Source: an uncultured Gammaproteobacteria bacterium
GTDB lineage: Bacteria; Patescibacteriota; Microgenomatia; Levybacterales; UBA12049
DNA: 64,000 nucleotides
Direction of reading: 5' to 3'
NCBI GenBank assembly: GCA_964416505.1
Contig: CAYQEJ010000001.1
Coordinates: 146,363-210,362, forward strand
The notes below the pieces were generated by a model. It saw only the letters and a program-made list of their open reading frames with translations. It ran no database searches and was not told the origin of the DNA. Below, one piece after another: positions 38,716 to 49,071 of the stretch (positions are counted from its first letter, which is position 1; each line of letters begins with the position of its first letter). A program made the translations under genes and the position numbers.

Positions 38716-38716
38716 A

Positions 38717-39796
38717 TTAAATTTTATTTTTCATATAATTTTCTAAATTTGCTTTAAAAGAATTAAATGAAAATTTTTCAGAATTTTCTATTATGACTGG
38801 CTTATTATATATTCTTTCATCGAATCTTTCCAATACCCTAATTAAAGCTTCCGAACTTTGATCTCTAAAAAACTCCCCAGTAATACCCTCTTTTACTATA
38901 TCCAAAGCTCCACCTGCCTTATATGCAATTACCGGTTTTCCAAAAGCTTGTGCCTCTGCCATCACCAATCCAAAATCTTCATTGCCAGGAAAGATTAAAG
39001 CTTTGCAATTCTCATAGTAATACGCCAGTTTCTCATCTGTCAATTCTCCTAAAAACTCTATATTTTTATTCGCTAGTTTTTTATAAGGCTTTAGAAGTGG
39101 ACCTCCGCCAACAATTTTTAATTTTAAGTTAGTTTTATTAAATGCTTCTATAGCAATATCGATTCTTTTATAGTAATTAAATCTTGAAAGCCGGGAAACA
39201 ATTAAGAAATAATCATTTTTTCTTTTTTTAATTTTTTTTGGTTTATCCAGCATGAGTGGAGGAAAAATTATTTCACTATCCCTATCGTAATATTTTTTTA
39301 TTCTATTTCTTACTTCCGTAGAAATAGCAATCATATGATCTGGTCTTTTGGAAGCAATTTTATCCCAGTTCCGAAGATAACCTACGGATCCGCTTGCTAA
39401 AAACTTCAAAGTATTATTTTTAAAATAATCATCAAATCCACTCCATAAATAACGAGTAGGAGTTAGACAATAACAGATATGCATTGTTCCTTCGCGCGTT
39501 ATAATCCCTTTTGCAGACTCACTCGTCACCGATATTACGAGATCATAATCATCAAATGAAAATCTCTCAAATGCCAATGGCATGAATAGAGCTAGAAATT
39601 CGTTGTATTTCCTAAGGCTTTTTGCAGATTGAAGAAATGATGTTTTAATTTCAAAATCTTTTGCCCAAGAATTTTTTTCTTCTGAATAAACCGATGTATA
39701 TAAAGGTGCGTTAGGGAAAATCTTATGCAATGCTAGAAGAACTCTTTCTGCCCCGCCCCACTTATTTACCCGGTCATAAACCAAGGCTACTTTCAT
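38717..39796 (-). CDS. GT4 family glycosyltransferase
   Basis: C-terminal EAQAFGKPVIAYKAGGALDIV (E-x7-E region). Confidence 0.8.
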   Translation of the reverse strand: MKVALVYDRVNKWGGAERVLLALHKIFPNAPLYTSVYSEEKNSWAKDFEIKTSFLQSAKSLRKYNEFLALFMPLAFERFSFDDYDLVISVTSESAKGIITREGTMHICYCLTPTRYLWSGFDDYFKNNTLKFLASGSVGYLRNWDKIASKRPDHMIAISTEVRNRIKKYYDRDSEIIFPPLMLDKPKKIKKRKNDYFLIVSRLSRFNYYKRIDIAIEAFNKTNLKLKIVGGGPLLKPYKKLANKNIEFLGELTDEKLAYYYENCKALIFPGNEDFGLVMAEAQAFGKPVIAYKAGGALDIVKEGITGEFFRDQSSEALIRVLERFDERIYNKPVIIENSEKFSFNSFKANLENYMKNKI

Positions 39797-40883
39797 AAAT
39801 ATTAAGTGTTTCCTGGGCAGTTTTTTTCCATGAATATTTTCTTACAAGTGTTTGTGCCTTTTCTATCATCTTATTTTTTTCTGATTCACTTAATTCCAAA
39901 ACCATTTTCATTTTATCGAGTATATCATCTGTATTAAATTGATCAAAGTAGAAAACGCTGTCTTTTAAAATTTCTCTATGAACCGGTATGTCAGAAGCGA
40001 GAACAATACCTTCGCTTTCAAGAGCTTCGAGTGGAGGGAGACTAAAGCCTTCCATGAGCGAAGGCCTAATTAATGCTATTGCATTTCTGTAAAGAATCGA
40101 TAATTCTTCATCGCTCACATTATGTAAAAAAATTATATTTAAATCTTTAAAATTTTTTGATACATGCTGCTTAAGTTTTTTGTAAAGAAAGTCTTCTTTT
40201 CCCACAAAGATTAATGATAGGTCTTTTTTTTCTTTGGATATTTTTTCAAATGAACTTAAAACTGAACCTACGTTTTTATGAGCAAAAACATTTCCCACGT
40301 ACATGAAATAATTTTTATATTTTGTATCCTTATTTTTTATAACTTTAAAATCATCTGAAGCTTCATAAACCACATCAACTTTTTTCTCATTAACTTTTAA
40401 AGTGCTTACTATATCTTTTTTTGTGAACTGCGAAACTGCAATTATTTTTTTTGAAATTCTTGCTGCATTTGCAACAATTAATCTATAAGCAATTATCTTA
40501 AATCCTAATAACCATAGAGGAAGAGTAGAAGATGAACCAGTAAAATAATGATGAAAAATTAAATCATGTATCGTTACAACATAAGGCCTTCTGTATATAA
40601 AAGGAACACTAAAATATGGAAAATGAACTAAATCTAAATTTTCTTTTTTTAAAACCTTTGAAAATCTTAATTGTTCCGAAATTGTATGCCAGTAAATATT
40701 TGACTCTACAATTTTCCAATTTTTATTATTTATCTTTTTTCTAATATTTTCCAAATCATCTTTTAGAGCAAACAAAACATAATCATTTTTAGTGTCAATT
40801 TCTGATAAGTTAATCACTAAATTTCTTATATATCTTCCTACACCCCCTTGAGACCAAAGCCTAATATCAATACCAATCTTCAT
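39774..40883 (-). CDS. GT4 family glycosyltransferase
   Basis: MEGFSLPPLEALESEGIVLASDIP. Confidence 0.75.
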   Translation of the reverse strand: MKIGIDIRLWSQGGVGRYIRNLVINLSEIDTKNDYVLFALKDDLENIRKKINNKNWKIVESNIYWHTISEQLRFSKVLKKENLDLVHFPYFSVPFIYRRPYVVTIHDLIFHHYFTGSSSTLPLWLLGFKIIAYRLIVANAARISKKIIAVSQFTKKDIVSTLKVNEKKVDVVYEASDDFKVIKNKDTKYKNYFMYVGNVFAHKNVGSVLSSFEKISKEKKDLSLIFVGKEDFLYKKLKQHVSKNFKDLNIIFLHNVSDEELSILYRNAIALIRPSLMEGFSLPPLEALESEGIVLASDIPVHREILKDSVFYFDQFNTDDILDKMKMVLELSESEKNKMIEKAQTLVRKYSWKKTAQETLNIYESSLGL

Positions 40884-41752
40884 ACACTTTTTTTTATTTT
40901 TGCTTGATAGAGTTTAAAGTTAATCCCTAAGTAGACTAAGTAATTTATAAAAAAGGGATATTTTTTCTCATAGTGTTTTTTATAAAAAATTTTCATTGTT
41001 TCGTAAAAATATTTTCTAGAATTTACGCGTGTTTCTTCGCTAGCTTTAGAATCTAGTTGACTATGTTTTTTTATACCTGAAGAAACACCTTTAACGTGCA
41101 TAACCTTAACATTTGGTAGGTAGAAAATTTTGAATCCAGCTTTTTTAATTCTAAAACATAGATCAATGTCTTCTCCGTAAAGGAAATAATCTTCATCAAA
41201 ATATCCAACTTTATCTAAAACATTTTTCCTCATAAACATAAAGGCACCTACAACACTATCCACCTCATGCGATTCCTTCATGTTTTTATTTGTTAAATGA
41301 TAGAGCCTGTCATTTCTAAATACAAAATACATTAGAGCTGCTAATGGGGTAGGGAATCCACGATGTGAAGCTTTATCCAAAGTTCCATCGCTTTTTTCAA
41401 CTCTGCAAGATGAAACACCTACTTCAATATTTTTTTCCATAAATTCATATACATATCTAAGACTTCCTGGCATTATTTCGCAATCCGGATTCAATGTTAA
41501 AGCATAGGGGGTATTTAAATTTTTTAAAATTAAATTGTGTGCTTTCCCAAATCCTAAGTTAGATTCATTCTTAATAAATTTAAATTCTTTAAATTTTTCC
41601 TGAGCATCTTTAAAACTATTATCACTGGATCCGTTATCTACCACATAAACATCAAATTCTAATTCATTCTCTACTTTTCTAAGTGACTCTAGGCAATTTA
41701 ATAAATATACTCCAGCATTATAATTTACAATTGATATAGTCAATTTTTTCAT
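40880..41752 (-). CDS. GT2 family glycosyltransferase
   Basis: ISIVNYN...VVDNGSSD plus a DxD region. Confidence 0.8.
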   Translation of the reverse strand: MKKLTISIVNYNAGVYLLNCLESLRKVENELEFDVYVVDNGSSDNSFKDAQEKFKEFKFIKNESNLGFGKAHNLILKNLNTPYALTLNPDCEIMPGSLRYVYEFMEKNIEVGVSSCRVEKSDGTLDKASHRGFPTPLAALMYFVFRNDRLYHLTNKNMKESHEVDSVVGAFMFMRKNVLDKVGYFDEDYFLYGEDIDLCFRIKKAGFKIFYLPNVKVMHVKGVSSGIKKHSQLDSKASEETRVNSRKYFYETMKIFYKKHYEKKYPFFINYLVYLGINFKLYQAKIKKSV

Positions 41753-42918
41753 AATAAATTTTTATAAATTTTATTTAACTTAAAAGTTATATTATTCCAG
41801 TCAAAATTTTTCTCAATAAATTTTCGCCCATTTCTTGAAATTTTTTCATATAAATATTCATCGCTTAACAACTGTAATGTTTTTTGCGAAAATTCTTCAG
41901 GCTTGTCAGAAATTAATATCTCTTCATTATCTTTCGCCAGTATTCCCTCATTGCCCAGTAAAGTTGTAACAACTGGAGTACCACTAGACATTGCTTCCAG
42001 AATTTTAAAATTTGTTCCACCCCCTACCCTAATCGGAGACAGTAAAACATATGCATCTTGAAAGATTTTTTCTGTTTCATCAGGAGCATTTTCGTCAAAG
42101 ATTATCGAGCTGTCTTCATGACTCTTTATAGAATCAGGGATATTTTTCCCTACTATCCAAAGCTTTGCATCTTTATTTTTTGAAGACACTTTTGGCCAAA
42201 TATTTTTAATAATGTACATCGCAGAATCCCTATTCTGAATCCATTTAAAATCTCCAATAAAAAGAACTCTTTTTTCTTTTTTATTTTTATCCATTTTTTT
42301 AAATTTAAATTTTTCAATATCTACACCATTTGGAATTACCTCAACGTCGTTCCTGTTCATTTCATCTGCTTCTTTCTGTGATACAGCTATTAGCTTATCT
42401 GCTTGTTTCCAAAATTTCTTTTCAGTATTCTTTAACTTAATTATATCCATGTAGAGAATAGGTCTTAATGGTAGTAAAGCTTTCTTTACAAATTTCTCAT
42501 AAACTTTATATTCTATATTATGCTCCACTAGCACTTTTGGTAAATTAGTTTTTGGTAAATTTTGCATGACATAAAAAGTTTCTATATGAATAATTTCAAA
42601 TTCCTCATTTTTTAAAATCTCTACTAGTTTTCTTTTCATTTCCGAATTTTTATGACCAGCAATTAAGAATGGATCTAATGAAAAGCCGGTTAACAATATA
42701 TTTTTCATAGACCATTGTTTTCTTCTTTCAACTGTATAAACTTCTTTACAAAGCTTTTTAAGTTCGTCAACATCTTTCTGCGTTTGATTGCTTCTTCTTT
42801 CACAAACTAGAGTTATCTCATTATCTTTTGAAAGATTTTTTATAATATTGTAAAGCCTTACGTTCCCACCAGAAAAAAGAGGAAATGGCAGATATGAAGA
42901 AACCATTAAGATTTTCAT
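41749..42918 (-). CDS. GT4 family glycosyltransferase
   Basis: GGGTNFKILEAMSSGTPVVTT. Confidence 0.8.
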   Translation of the reverse strand: MKILMVSSYLPFPLFSGGNVRLYNIIKNLSKDNEITLVCERRSNQTQKDVDELKKLCKEVYTVERRKQWSMKNILLTGFSLDPFLIAGHKNSEMKRKLVEILKNEEFEIIHIETFYVMQNLPKTNLPKVLVEHNIEYKVYEKFVKKALLPLRPILYMDIIKLKNTEKKFWKQADKLIAVSQKEADEMNRNDVEVIPNGVDIEKFKFKKMDKNKKEKRVLFIGDFKWIQNRDSAMYIIKNIWPKVSSKNKDAKLWIVGKNIPDSIKSHEDSSIIFDENAPDETEKIFQDAYVLLSPIRVGGGTNFKILEAMSSGTPVVTTLLGNEGILAKDNEEILISDKPEEFSQKTLQLLSDEYLYEKISRNGRKFIEKNFDWNNITFKLNKIYKNLL

Positions 42919-44405
42919 GGTTTTTTTGTTAAATCAAAAATAATGTATTGCGAAGTTGATTCAACAATTAAATAACGGGATTTATAATAATCGTCTGATG
43001 GTGTTGGATTTGCAATAACTAAATATTGAGCCCCTAATTGATCTACCATTTCTTGAATATCTTTTTCATAACTTGCCCATCCTTTTCTTTTTGTTTGGTA
43101 GAGAAATGAAGTGTCACCATCATAATTTGCAATCACTTTTGCATTCTTTGGAGTTAGTCTGTCAACTGCGGCACCTGCAGCAATAATAGATGGATTATTT
43201 ATATTAAAAAGATCTCTGATAACATACCATCTAAAAGCTAAAGTAAATACTACACACGTTAAAAGAACAATTAAACCAAATTTTTTGCTGAAATATTCTT
43301 TGGGAGGGTTTATGAAAAACTTGAACCCCAGACCTACAAATACTGCAAGTGAAGGTATTATTAGAATTTGATAATAGTCATGTTGAACATTTCCTCTGGC
43401 AATTGTGAATAAATACAGAAGAGCTGAGGCTAAAAAAGACCACAAAAGCAACATCTGCCCTTTTCTAAACGAAAACAATTTTTCTGATTTTGAATTAAGA
43501 AGTAGACCAAGAACAAAAACAGGCGTCAACCAATATCCCATGATTAATCCACCAATTCTTCTGGAAAATAACCAATAGAAAAATGATCCTTTAAATCTAA
43601 TATTCCCTTCATTAAACAACCACGCGCTGATTGGAATTCCCTCAGGAAAATGCAACATCCACTGTCTCCACAAAACTAACGGAATCAAACTTAGAATGAG
43701 AAAGATCCAAATAGGCCATTTCTTAATAAAATCTTTACCGAAAACAGAATAAGCTACAGCTCCAAAAGGAAGCGTAAAAAATAATGCAAATGGTTTGAGT
43801 AGAAATGCGCCAGCAGTAAAAACTAACATAAGGAGGAAGTAAAGAAAAAGCATAATAGATTTTTTATTTTTTTTATATTCATCAATCCATAAAATGAAGA
43901 AAAATATTCCTCCAACTATCGAAGAGATCATAATTGGATCTGGAAGAATTACTCTTCCGTAATAAATGTTATAGGGAATTAATGAATAAAAGGCTGCAGC
44001 TCCCAATGCTACATATTCATCAGCAAACTTTCTAAGAATTCCATAAATGAATATAACAGTCAAAAGAGAAAAAATAATTGTAATAAGTCTTCCCCATTCT
44101 TCCAATGTTAAGATACCAATATATTTAAATGATGCCGCTTGTAAAAAGTTGTAAATTGGAAATTCTACAAATCTATAACCTTTAGGGTTTTCAATCTTAC
44201 CTCCTGTCTGAACGTTTGAAAGATCATGAAATTTTGGATGGAGCAAGTCAAAACCTTCTTCTACAAAAACACGAGAAACTGAGGAGGTATCTGCCTGGCG
44301 CCAGCTATGCCAGTCTGCAATTGGACCATCAAACCTATATAGTCTTAAAATAAAACCGATTATTAAAATAACGCCGAGAAGAATTAAACTTAGCCTTTTA
44401 GACAT
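42915..44405 (-). CDS. GT-C fold membrane glycosyltransferase (ArnT/PMT-like)
   Basis: Polytopic 496 aa protein. First loop DWHSWRQADT. Same architecture as the other GT-C ORFs. Confidence 0.55.
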   Translation of the reverse strand: MSKRLSLILLGVILIIGFILRLYRFDGPIADWHSWRQADTSSVSRVFVEEGFDLLHPKFHDLSNVQTGGKIENPKGYRFVEFPIYNFLQAASFKYIGILTLEEWGRLITIIFSLLTVIFIYGILRKFADEYVALGAAAFYSLIPYNIYYGRVILPDPIMISSIVGGIFFFILWIDEYKKNKKSIMLFLYFLLMLVFTAGAFLLKPFALFFTLPFGAVAYSVFGKDFIKKWPIWIFLILSLIPLVLWRQWMLHFPEGIPISAWLFNEGNIRFKGSFFYWLFSRRIGGLIMGYWLTPVFVLGLLLNSKSEKLFSFRKGQMLLLWSFLASALLYLFTIARGNVQHDYYQILIIPSLAVFVGLGFKFFINPPKEYFSKKFGLIVLLTCVVFTLAFRWYVIRDLFNINNPSIIAAGAAVDRLTPKNAKVIANYDGDTSFLYQTKRKGWASYEKDIQEMVDQLGAQYLVIANPTPSDDYYKSRYLIVESTSQYIIFDLTKKP

Positions 44406-44427
44406 TTAATTCTATTTTAATCTATAG

Positions 44428-47400
44428 CTATGGCATTATCAAATCATTTGGTGTGGGAACTTTTTTTCGCTCCACTGGGGTTACGTTTCCATTTTCCGTA
44501 AATCTAAATACGGGGTGCGATAGAGATAAACCCGCAGCTTCTATTGCAACTTTTTCATCTGAATAAGTAAATATCTTTGCATCATCATTTTTAAATGCAA
44601 ACCAAACTGCATCTTCTAAGCCAACTGGAAATACCCATGCTTGCCCATCTCGCGTAGGAACATTTACAAAGTGGAACTGAGTATCTTTATCTGACCAATA
44701 AATAGTATAAAGAGATTCCATTGAAATAAAGAACCTTTTTGTTTTATTTCCCGCCTCATGCCAGTTAAAGAAAGTGCTTTGGTTTTGAATAATGTGAAAA
44801 AGCACAAAAACTATTACCACTACTGATGAAAGCCCTATCGATATTTCCTTTCCGCTACTCTCAAGATAACCATATATCTTTTTAAAGATTACGACTAATA
44901 CAAGGGCTACAGCCATCGTAGAAAGATAACTGTATCTAGATGCTATATTTCCTAAACCCAAAAATGGAAGAAGAGAAATTACAAAAAATCCTAATGAGAA
45001 ATAAATAATTTTTCTTTCGCTCAAATCAAATATTTTAACAAAGAATTTATATCCAAAGTATAAAATTACCAAAATAACTGGAATCGCGATTAACGATAAT
45101 AAAATGTTTGTTCTTGCAAAATTTCTAAGAGGGTCATAAATAGACAAAGACATCGGACCAATTATTCCCAGCGAAAGATAACCAAACAAATTTCCTACTA
45201 TATTAAAAGGAAGATTTAATAGATTATAACTATAGTCTCCACCAGACCAATGACTATTGGCTAAGAATCGAATCGCCAAATATCCTAGAATTGGAAATAA
45301 AACCAAATATACGTCAAATGATCTTGGAAGTTTTTTGATCGACGGCACTAACCCCTCTTTAAATACTTTATAAAGTAAAATTATTATCGGAGCAACGATT
45401 CCAAGCTCATGAAAAGCCATCGCAAAACAAATTGAAATTATAGATGCTAAAAGAAAATAAAATTTTCTTTTTTCTTCCCAAAATATAAATAAAAATAGCG
45501 AAAGCAATGTAAACACTGCAGTAAACAAATGTCCAATTGAAGAAATCCAGAAAACATTTTCCAATGGTCCACTTAATGCCATAAATAGAAATGCACTCAT
45601 TGACGCAAAAAGTGAATTTCTAAAAATTTTTCTCACTACTAAGAAAAATAAAGAAGCAGATATGAAATGTAACAGGAGAGATGAAAAATGGTAAGCAACT
45701 TGATTCAACCAGAATGTCTTATACATCAAGAAAAAATAAATCTTCATTCCGGGTCTGTAGAAAAAGCCATCTGAATTAGTAAAATAGCTTAATACTATTG
45801 ATACAGGAGAACATTTATCCTGGCACTGTGCCGCCCATCTTAACCAAGTAAAATCATCTGCAACAAAATAATTATTTAGAGTTGGGGAAAATAGAACTGT
45901 CGCAAATATAAATAAGTATCCAATAACCGCATAGTCTGAAGTTAACGCCTTTTTAATTTCTTGACTTAATGAAAAACTATGGACTTGATAAAGTCTTAAT
46001 GTTCCAAAAACAATTCCTACCAGAATCCAAAGAACGAAAGCAATTTTCGAAGCTTCAAATACGTCAATAAGGACTGCATTTAGAGCAAGACCAATAACAC
46101 CTGCGCAAAATCCTAATACAAAGCTTTTTACAAAAGGAGAATCTATGTCTGGATATATTTTTCTTACATATATTCCAAGTGATAAAAACAAAAGAAAAAA
46201 AGAAATAAATCCTAATAGACCAATTTCACCTAAAATTCTCAAATAATTGTTATCAACTGCTAGACTTACAGAACCATATCCGCTACCTATTAATATATTC
46301 TTCTTGAACGCTTCAATTGCCCTTGGCCATTCACCCTGAAATCTAGTGGTAAATGATAAATCATATGCAGAAGCTCTCTTAACAATAAAATTTCCTCTTA
46401 ATACAAGAGCTTGCGCAGAAAGAGAAGATGAAGAACTATCTGGAATTTCTATAAAAAAACTATTAGCACGCTTAACAACCGGAGAAAGATAAAGATTTGT
46501 ATACCCTGTACCTTGAGGAAGATTCTCGCCTGTAGAAATATTTACAGCTGTTAAAATAGGAGCTTCCTGAGGAATAAGCTTATAAGGAAGTATCACATCT
46601 TCTTTTGAATTTACTCCATTTTTCTGACTGTCTCTAATTGCTTCCGCTAGCTCTTCTTGATCTCTAACATTTCTCTGAAGCACTATCTTATCCTTAAAAT
46701 ATTCTTTAGGAACAAATTTAACATGTCCTACAGACTCCCCAGTTGCAGCATCTACCAAAACATCAACCTCGGAAACAGTGCTCTTAAATCGGTCAAATAA
46801 AGAAGACTGAAAACTAATAAATAGAATCCCTCCGATTAAGGCTATCGGAATAAGCGCAAGTATAAGTTTCTTTTTTTGAAACAAAAGTATAAATCCAAGA
46901 GAAATAAATAAAACAAAGAATGAAACCCTTGAGACTGTCATAAGCAAAAGTACTATTCCACCCAAAGAAATAACTGCTAAAATAATCTTTATCAAGTAAT
47001 TTTTTACCCCGAAAAAAAGACTAGCAACGATTGGAATTACCAAAACAAGATATGCAGCTAAGTCATAATGGCCGGCAAAAGTTGAAGGAACTCTAGATAA
47101 TGCTGAAAGCTTTATAGGAACTCCTTTGGCAAATTCTTCGTTCATAGTAAGAAATGCAGGAAAACCTAAATACTTCTGACCAAATCCATAAAAAATAACA
47201 CCCATTATAGCTAGCATTAGAGCGCTAACAGCTACAGGCACCAATCTTTTATCTCTAATACCTTCATAACCTATAAAGAAAAGACTAAGGTATTCTATGT
47301 GCCTAATTAGGCTTAAAAATGCAACATTAGGATATGCATTAGAAATTGTGGGAAAAATTAGAAGAATTCCATGAATTGTTGCGATACCTCCAATAATCCA

Positions 47401-47664
47401 GAAAACAACAATAGGAAGAGTGAGTGGAGTTTTAAGAGTTATTTTCTTACGAACTAAAAGAGTTAGCCAAGATAAAATAACAAAAAGAATTACAAAATCT
47501 TCCACTCTTATATAAACCCAGGTATTTTGTATATCTAAAAGCGGGAGCTTTGGATAGAGAGGTATAAAAATAAGAAGAAATAAACTTTCAAGAAAAAGAA
47601 TATTTTCCTTCACCCAATTAAAAATTTTCTTTGGGTTACCTAACGCGTCTAAGAGCTTCTCCAT
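44428..47664 (-). CDS. fusion protein: O-antigen ligase/polymerase-like (Wzy_C) domain + GT-C glycosyltransferase domain (1078 aa)
   Basis: The N-terminal half has the Wzy_C signature GSGYGSVSLAVDNNYLRILGEIGLLGF after a large loop. The C-terminal half is a second polytopic block with an FVADDFTWLRW first-loop acidic motif. Confidence 0.55.
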   Translation of the reverse strand: MEKLLDALGNPKKIFNWVKENILFLESLFLLIFIPLYPKLPLLDIQNTWVYIRVEDFVILFVILSWLTLLVRKKITLKTPLTLPIVVFWIIGGIATIHGILLIFPTISNAYPNVAFLSLIRHIEYLSLFFIGYEGIRDKRLVPVAVSALMLAIMGVIFYGFGQKYLGFPAFLTMNEEFAKGVPIKLSALSRVPSTFAGHYDLAAYLVLVIPIVASLFFGVKNYLIKIILAVISLGGIVLLLMTVSRVSFFVLFISLGFILLFQKKKLILALIPIALIGGILFISFQSSLFDRFKSTVSEVDVLVDAATGESVGHVKFVPKEYFKDKIVLQRNVRDQEELAEAIRDSQKNGVNSKEDVILPYKLIPQEAPILTAVNISTGENLPQGTGYTNLYLSPVVKRANSFFIEIPDSSSSSLSAQALVLRGNFIVKRASAYDLSFTTRFQGEWPRAIEAFKKNILIGSGYGSVSLAVDNNYLRILGEIGLLGFISFFLLFLSLGIYVRKIYPDIDSPFVKSFVLGFCAGVIGLALNAVLIDVFEASKIAFVLWILVGIVFGTLRLYQVHSFSLSQEIKKALTSDYAVIGYLFIFATVLFSPTLNNYFVADDFTWLRWAAQCQDKCSPVSIVLSYFTNSDGFFYRPGMKIYFFLMYKTFWLNQVAYHFSSLLLHFISASLFFLVVRKIFRNSLFASMSAFLFMALSGPLENVFWISSIGHLFTAVFTLLSLFLFIFWEEKRKFYFLLASIISICFAMAFHELGIVAPIIILLYKVFKEGLVPSIKKLPRSFDVYLVLFPILGYLAIRFLANSHWSGGDYSYNLLNLPFNIVGNLFGYLSLGIIGPMSLSIYDPLRNFARTNILLSLIAIPVILVILYFGYKFFVKIFDLSERKIIYFSLGFFVISLLPFLGLGNIASRYSYLSTMAVALVLVVIFKKIYGYLESSGKEISIGLSSVVVIVFVLFHIIQNQSTFFNWHEAGNKTKRFFISMESLYTIYWSDKDTQFHFVNVPTRDGQAWVFPVGLEDAVWFAFKNDDAKIFTYSDEKVAIEAAGLSLSHPVFRFTENGNVTPVERKKVPTPNDLIMP

Positions 47665-48514
47665 ACGTATTTATATAATAACTATTATTAGTCATTCTTC
47701 CCAATAAGTAAACCATTAATGCCTTAGTAAATAAAGTTATTTTTACTATTTCAAAACTAATTTTATTTTTATGTTTTTTATAAAAATATATTATTCCTTC
47801 ATAAATATTTAATACTGCAAAACTTCTATTACTACTCCCTTGTTCTTCATGAGTAATAGAAACATCTGGATAAAAATAAGTTTTAAAACCTTTTCTTTTT
47901 GCCCTATAACAAAATTCCATATCTTCCATATACATAAAAATATTCTTATCAAATCCCCCTATTTCATTGAACAATTTTTTGTTTACCATTAGACTCGCTC
48001 CCGCTACCCAGTCAACTTCACAAATTTTTTCGGGGCTAGACTTTAATAAGCCGAATCTTTCGCCACCAAAAATCATAATAAAAAAATTTAAAAGGTTATA
48101 AAATTTGCCTACAGATTTCTGAGAAGTTCCATCAGAGTTCAATAACTTCCCGCCCACAATCGCAATCTTCTCATTTTCCTGAAGGAATTTAACCATACCT
48201 ATTAATCCTTTATCTCCTACTTTTGTGTCAGAATTTAGAAACAAAACAAAATCTCCGCTTGAATTATCTACTCCTAAATTACATCCTTTTCCAAAACCTA
48301 AATTTTCATTATTTTTAATAATTTTTATATTCTTTTTATTTAAAAAATTTTTTTCAATTACTTCAACTACATCTTTTTTCGAAGCATTGTCTACGATAAT
48401 TATTTCAAGAAATTCATCTTTTAATTCTTCCACAAATTGCTTCTCCAAAGAATTAACACATTTAATTAGAAGCTCCGGAGTGTTATAACTTAAAATTACA
48501 ATTGAGAGTGTCAT
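47636..48514 (-). CDS. GT2 family glycosyltransferase
   Basis: LSIVILSYN...IIVDNASKKD plus DxD. Confidence 0.8.
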   Translation of the reverse strand: MTLSIVILSYNTPELLIKCVNSLEKQFVEELKDEFLEIIIVDNASKKDVVEVIEKNFLNKKNIKIIKNNENLGFGKGCNLGVDNSSGDFVLFLNSDTKVGDKGLIGMVKFLQENEKIAIVGGKLLNSDGTSQKSVGKFYNLLNFFIMIFGGERFGLLKSSPEKICEVDWVAGASLMVNKKLFNEIGGFDKNIFMYMEDMEFCYRAKRKGFKTYFYPDVSITHEEQGSSNRSFAVLNIYEGIIYFYKKHKNKISFEIVKITLFTKALMVYLLGRMTNNSYYINTYGEALRRVR

Positions 48515-49071
48515 TATCTAAACCAAGCAGCTCTTCCCAATTTATAATGAGGTTCACGATTTTCTCTTTGCCCAATTTCTCGAGCTGGGACTCCGCCTAC
48601 AATTTTAAATTCTTCAACATCTTTTGTTACCACAGCTCCTGCTGCTACTACAGCACCTTTTCCAATTTTAATTCCTGGTAAAATTATGGCCCGGGGCCCG
48701 ATAAATACATAATCAGAAATTTCAACAGCAGAGGTAACTGCTTCAAAAGCTTCACTTTTTATATCATGCTCCGAATTGTAAATCATCACTCCTGTTGCCA
48801 AATCTACATGATCACCAATGACAAGCTTATCCCTTCCATCCAAAACAGCCCATTCGCCAATTATGGTATCTTTACCAATTTTTATATTTTTAGAATTATA
48901 TACAGATAAACCCATATGGATAGCTGACCCTTTTCCGATTTTCATTCCAAAAATCCTATAAAAAAATCTCCTCAGATGATGGCTTGGAAAAAATCCTACT
49001 ATCCAAATCAGATATCCATTAACTGCCTCAAGAATAATTGCCCTAATTCTTCGAATAATTTTATCAACCAT
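48514..49071 (-). CDS. hexapeptide-repeat (LbH) sugar O-acetyltransferase
   Basis: Repeated [LIV]G-x4 hexapeptides (IGDHVDLATGVMI, IGKGAVVAAGAVV). WcaF/WbbJ-like. Confidence 0.75.
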   Translation of the reverse strand: MVDKIIRRIRAIILEAVNGYLIWIVGFFPSHHLRRFFYRIFGMKIGKGSAIHMGLSVYNSKNIKIGKDTIIGEWAVLDGRDKLVIGDHVDLATGVMIYNSEHDIKSEAFEAVTSAVEISDYVFIGPRAIILPGIKIGKGAVVAAGAVVTKDVEEFKIVGGVPAREIGQRENREPHYKLGRAAWFR

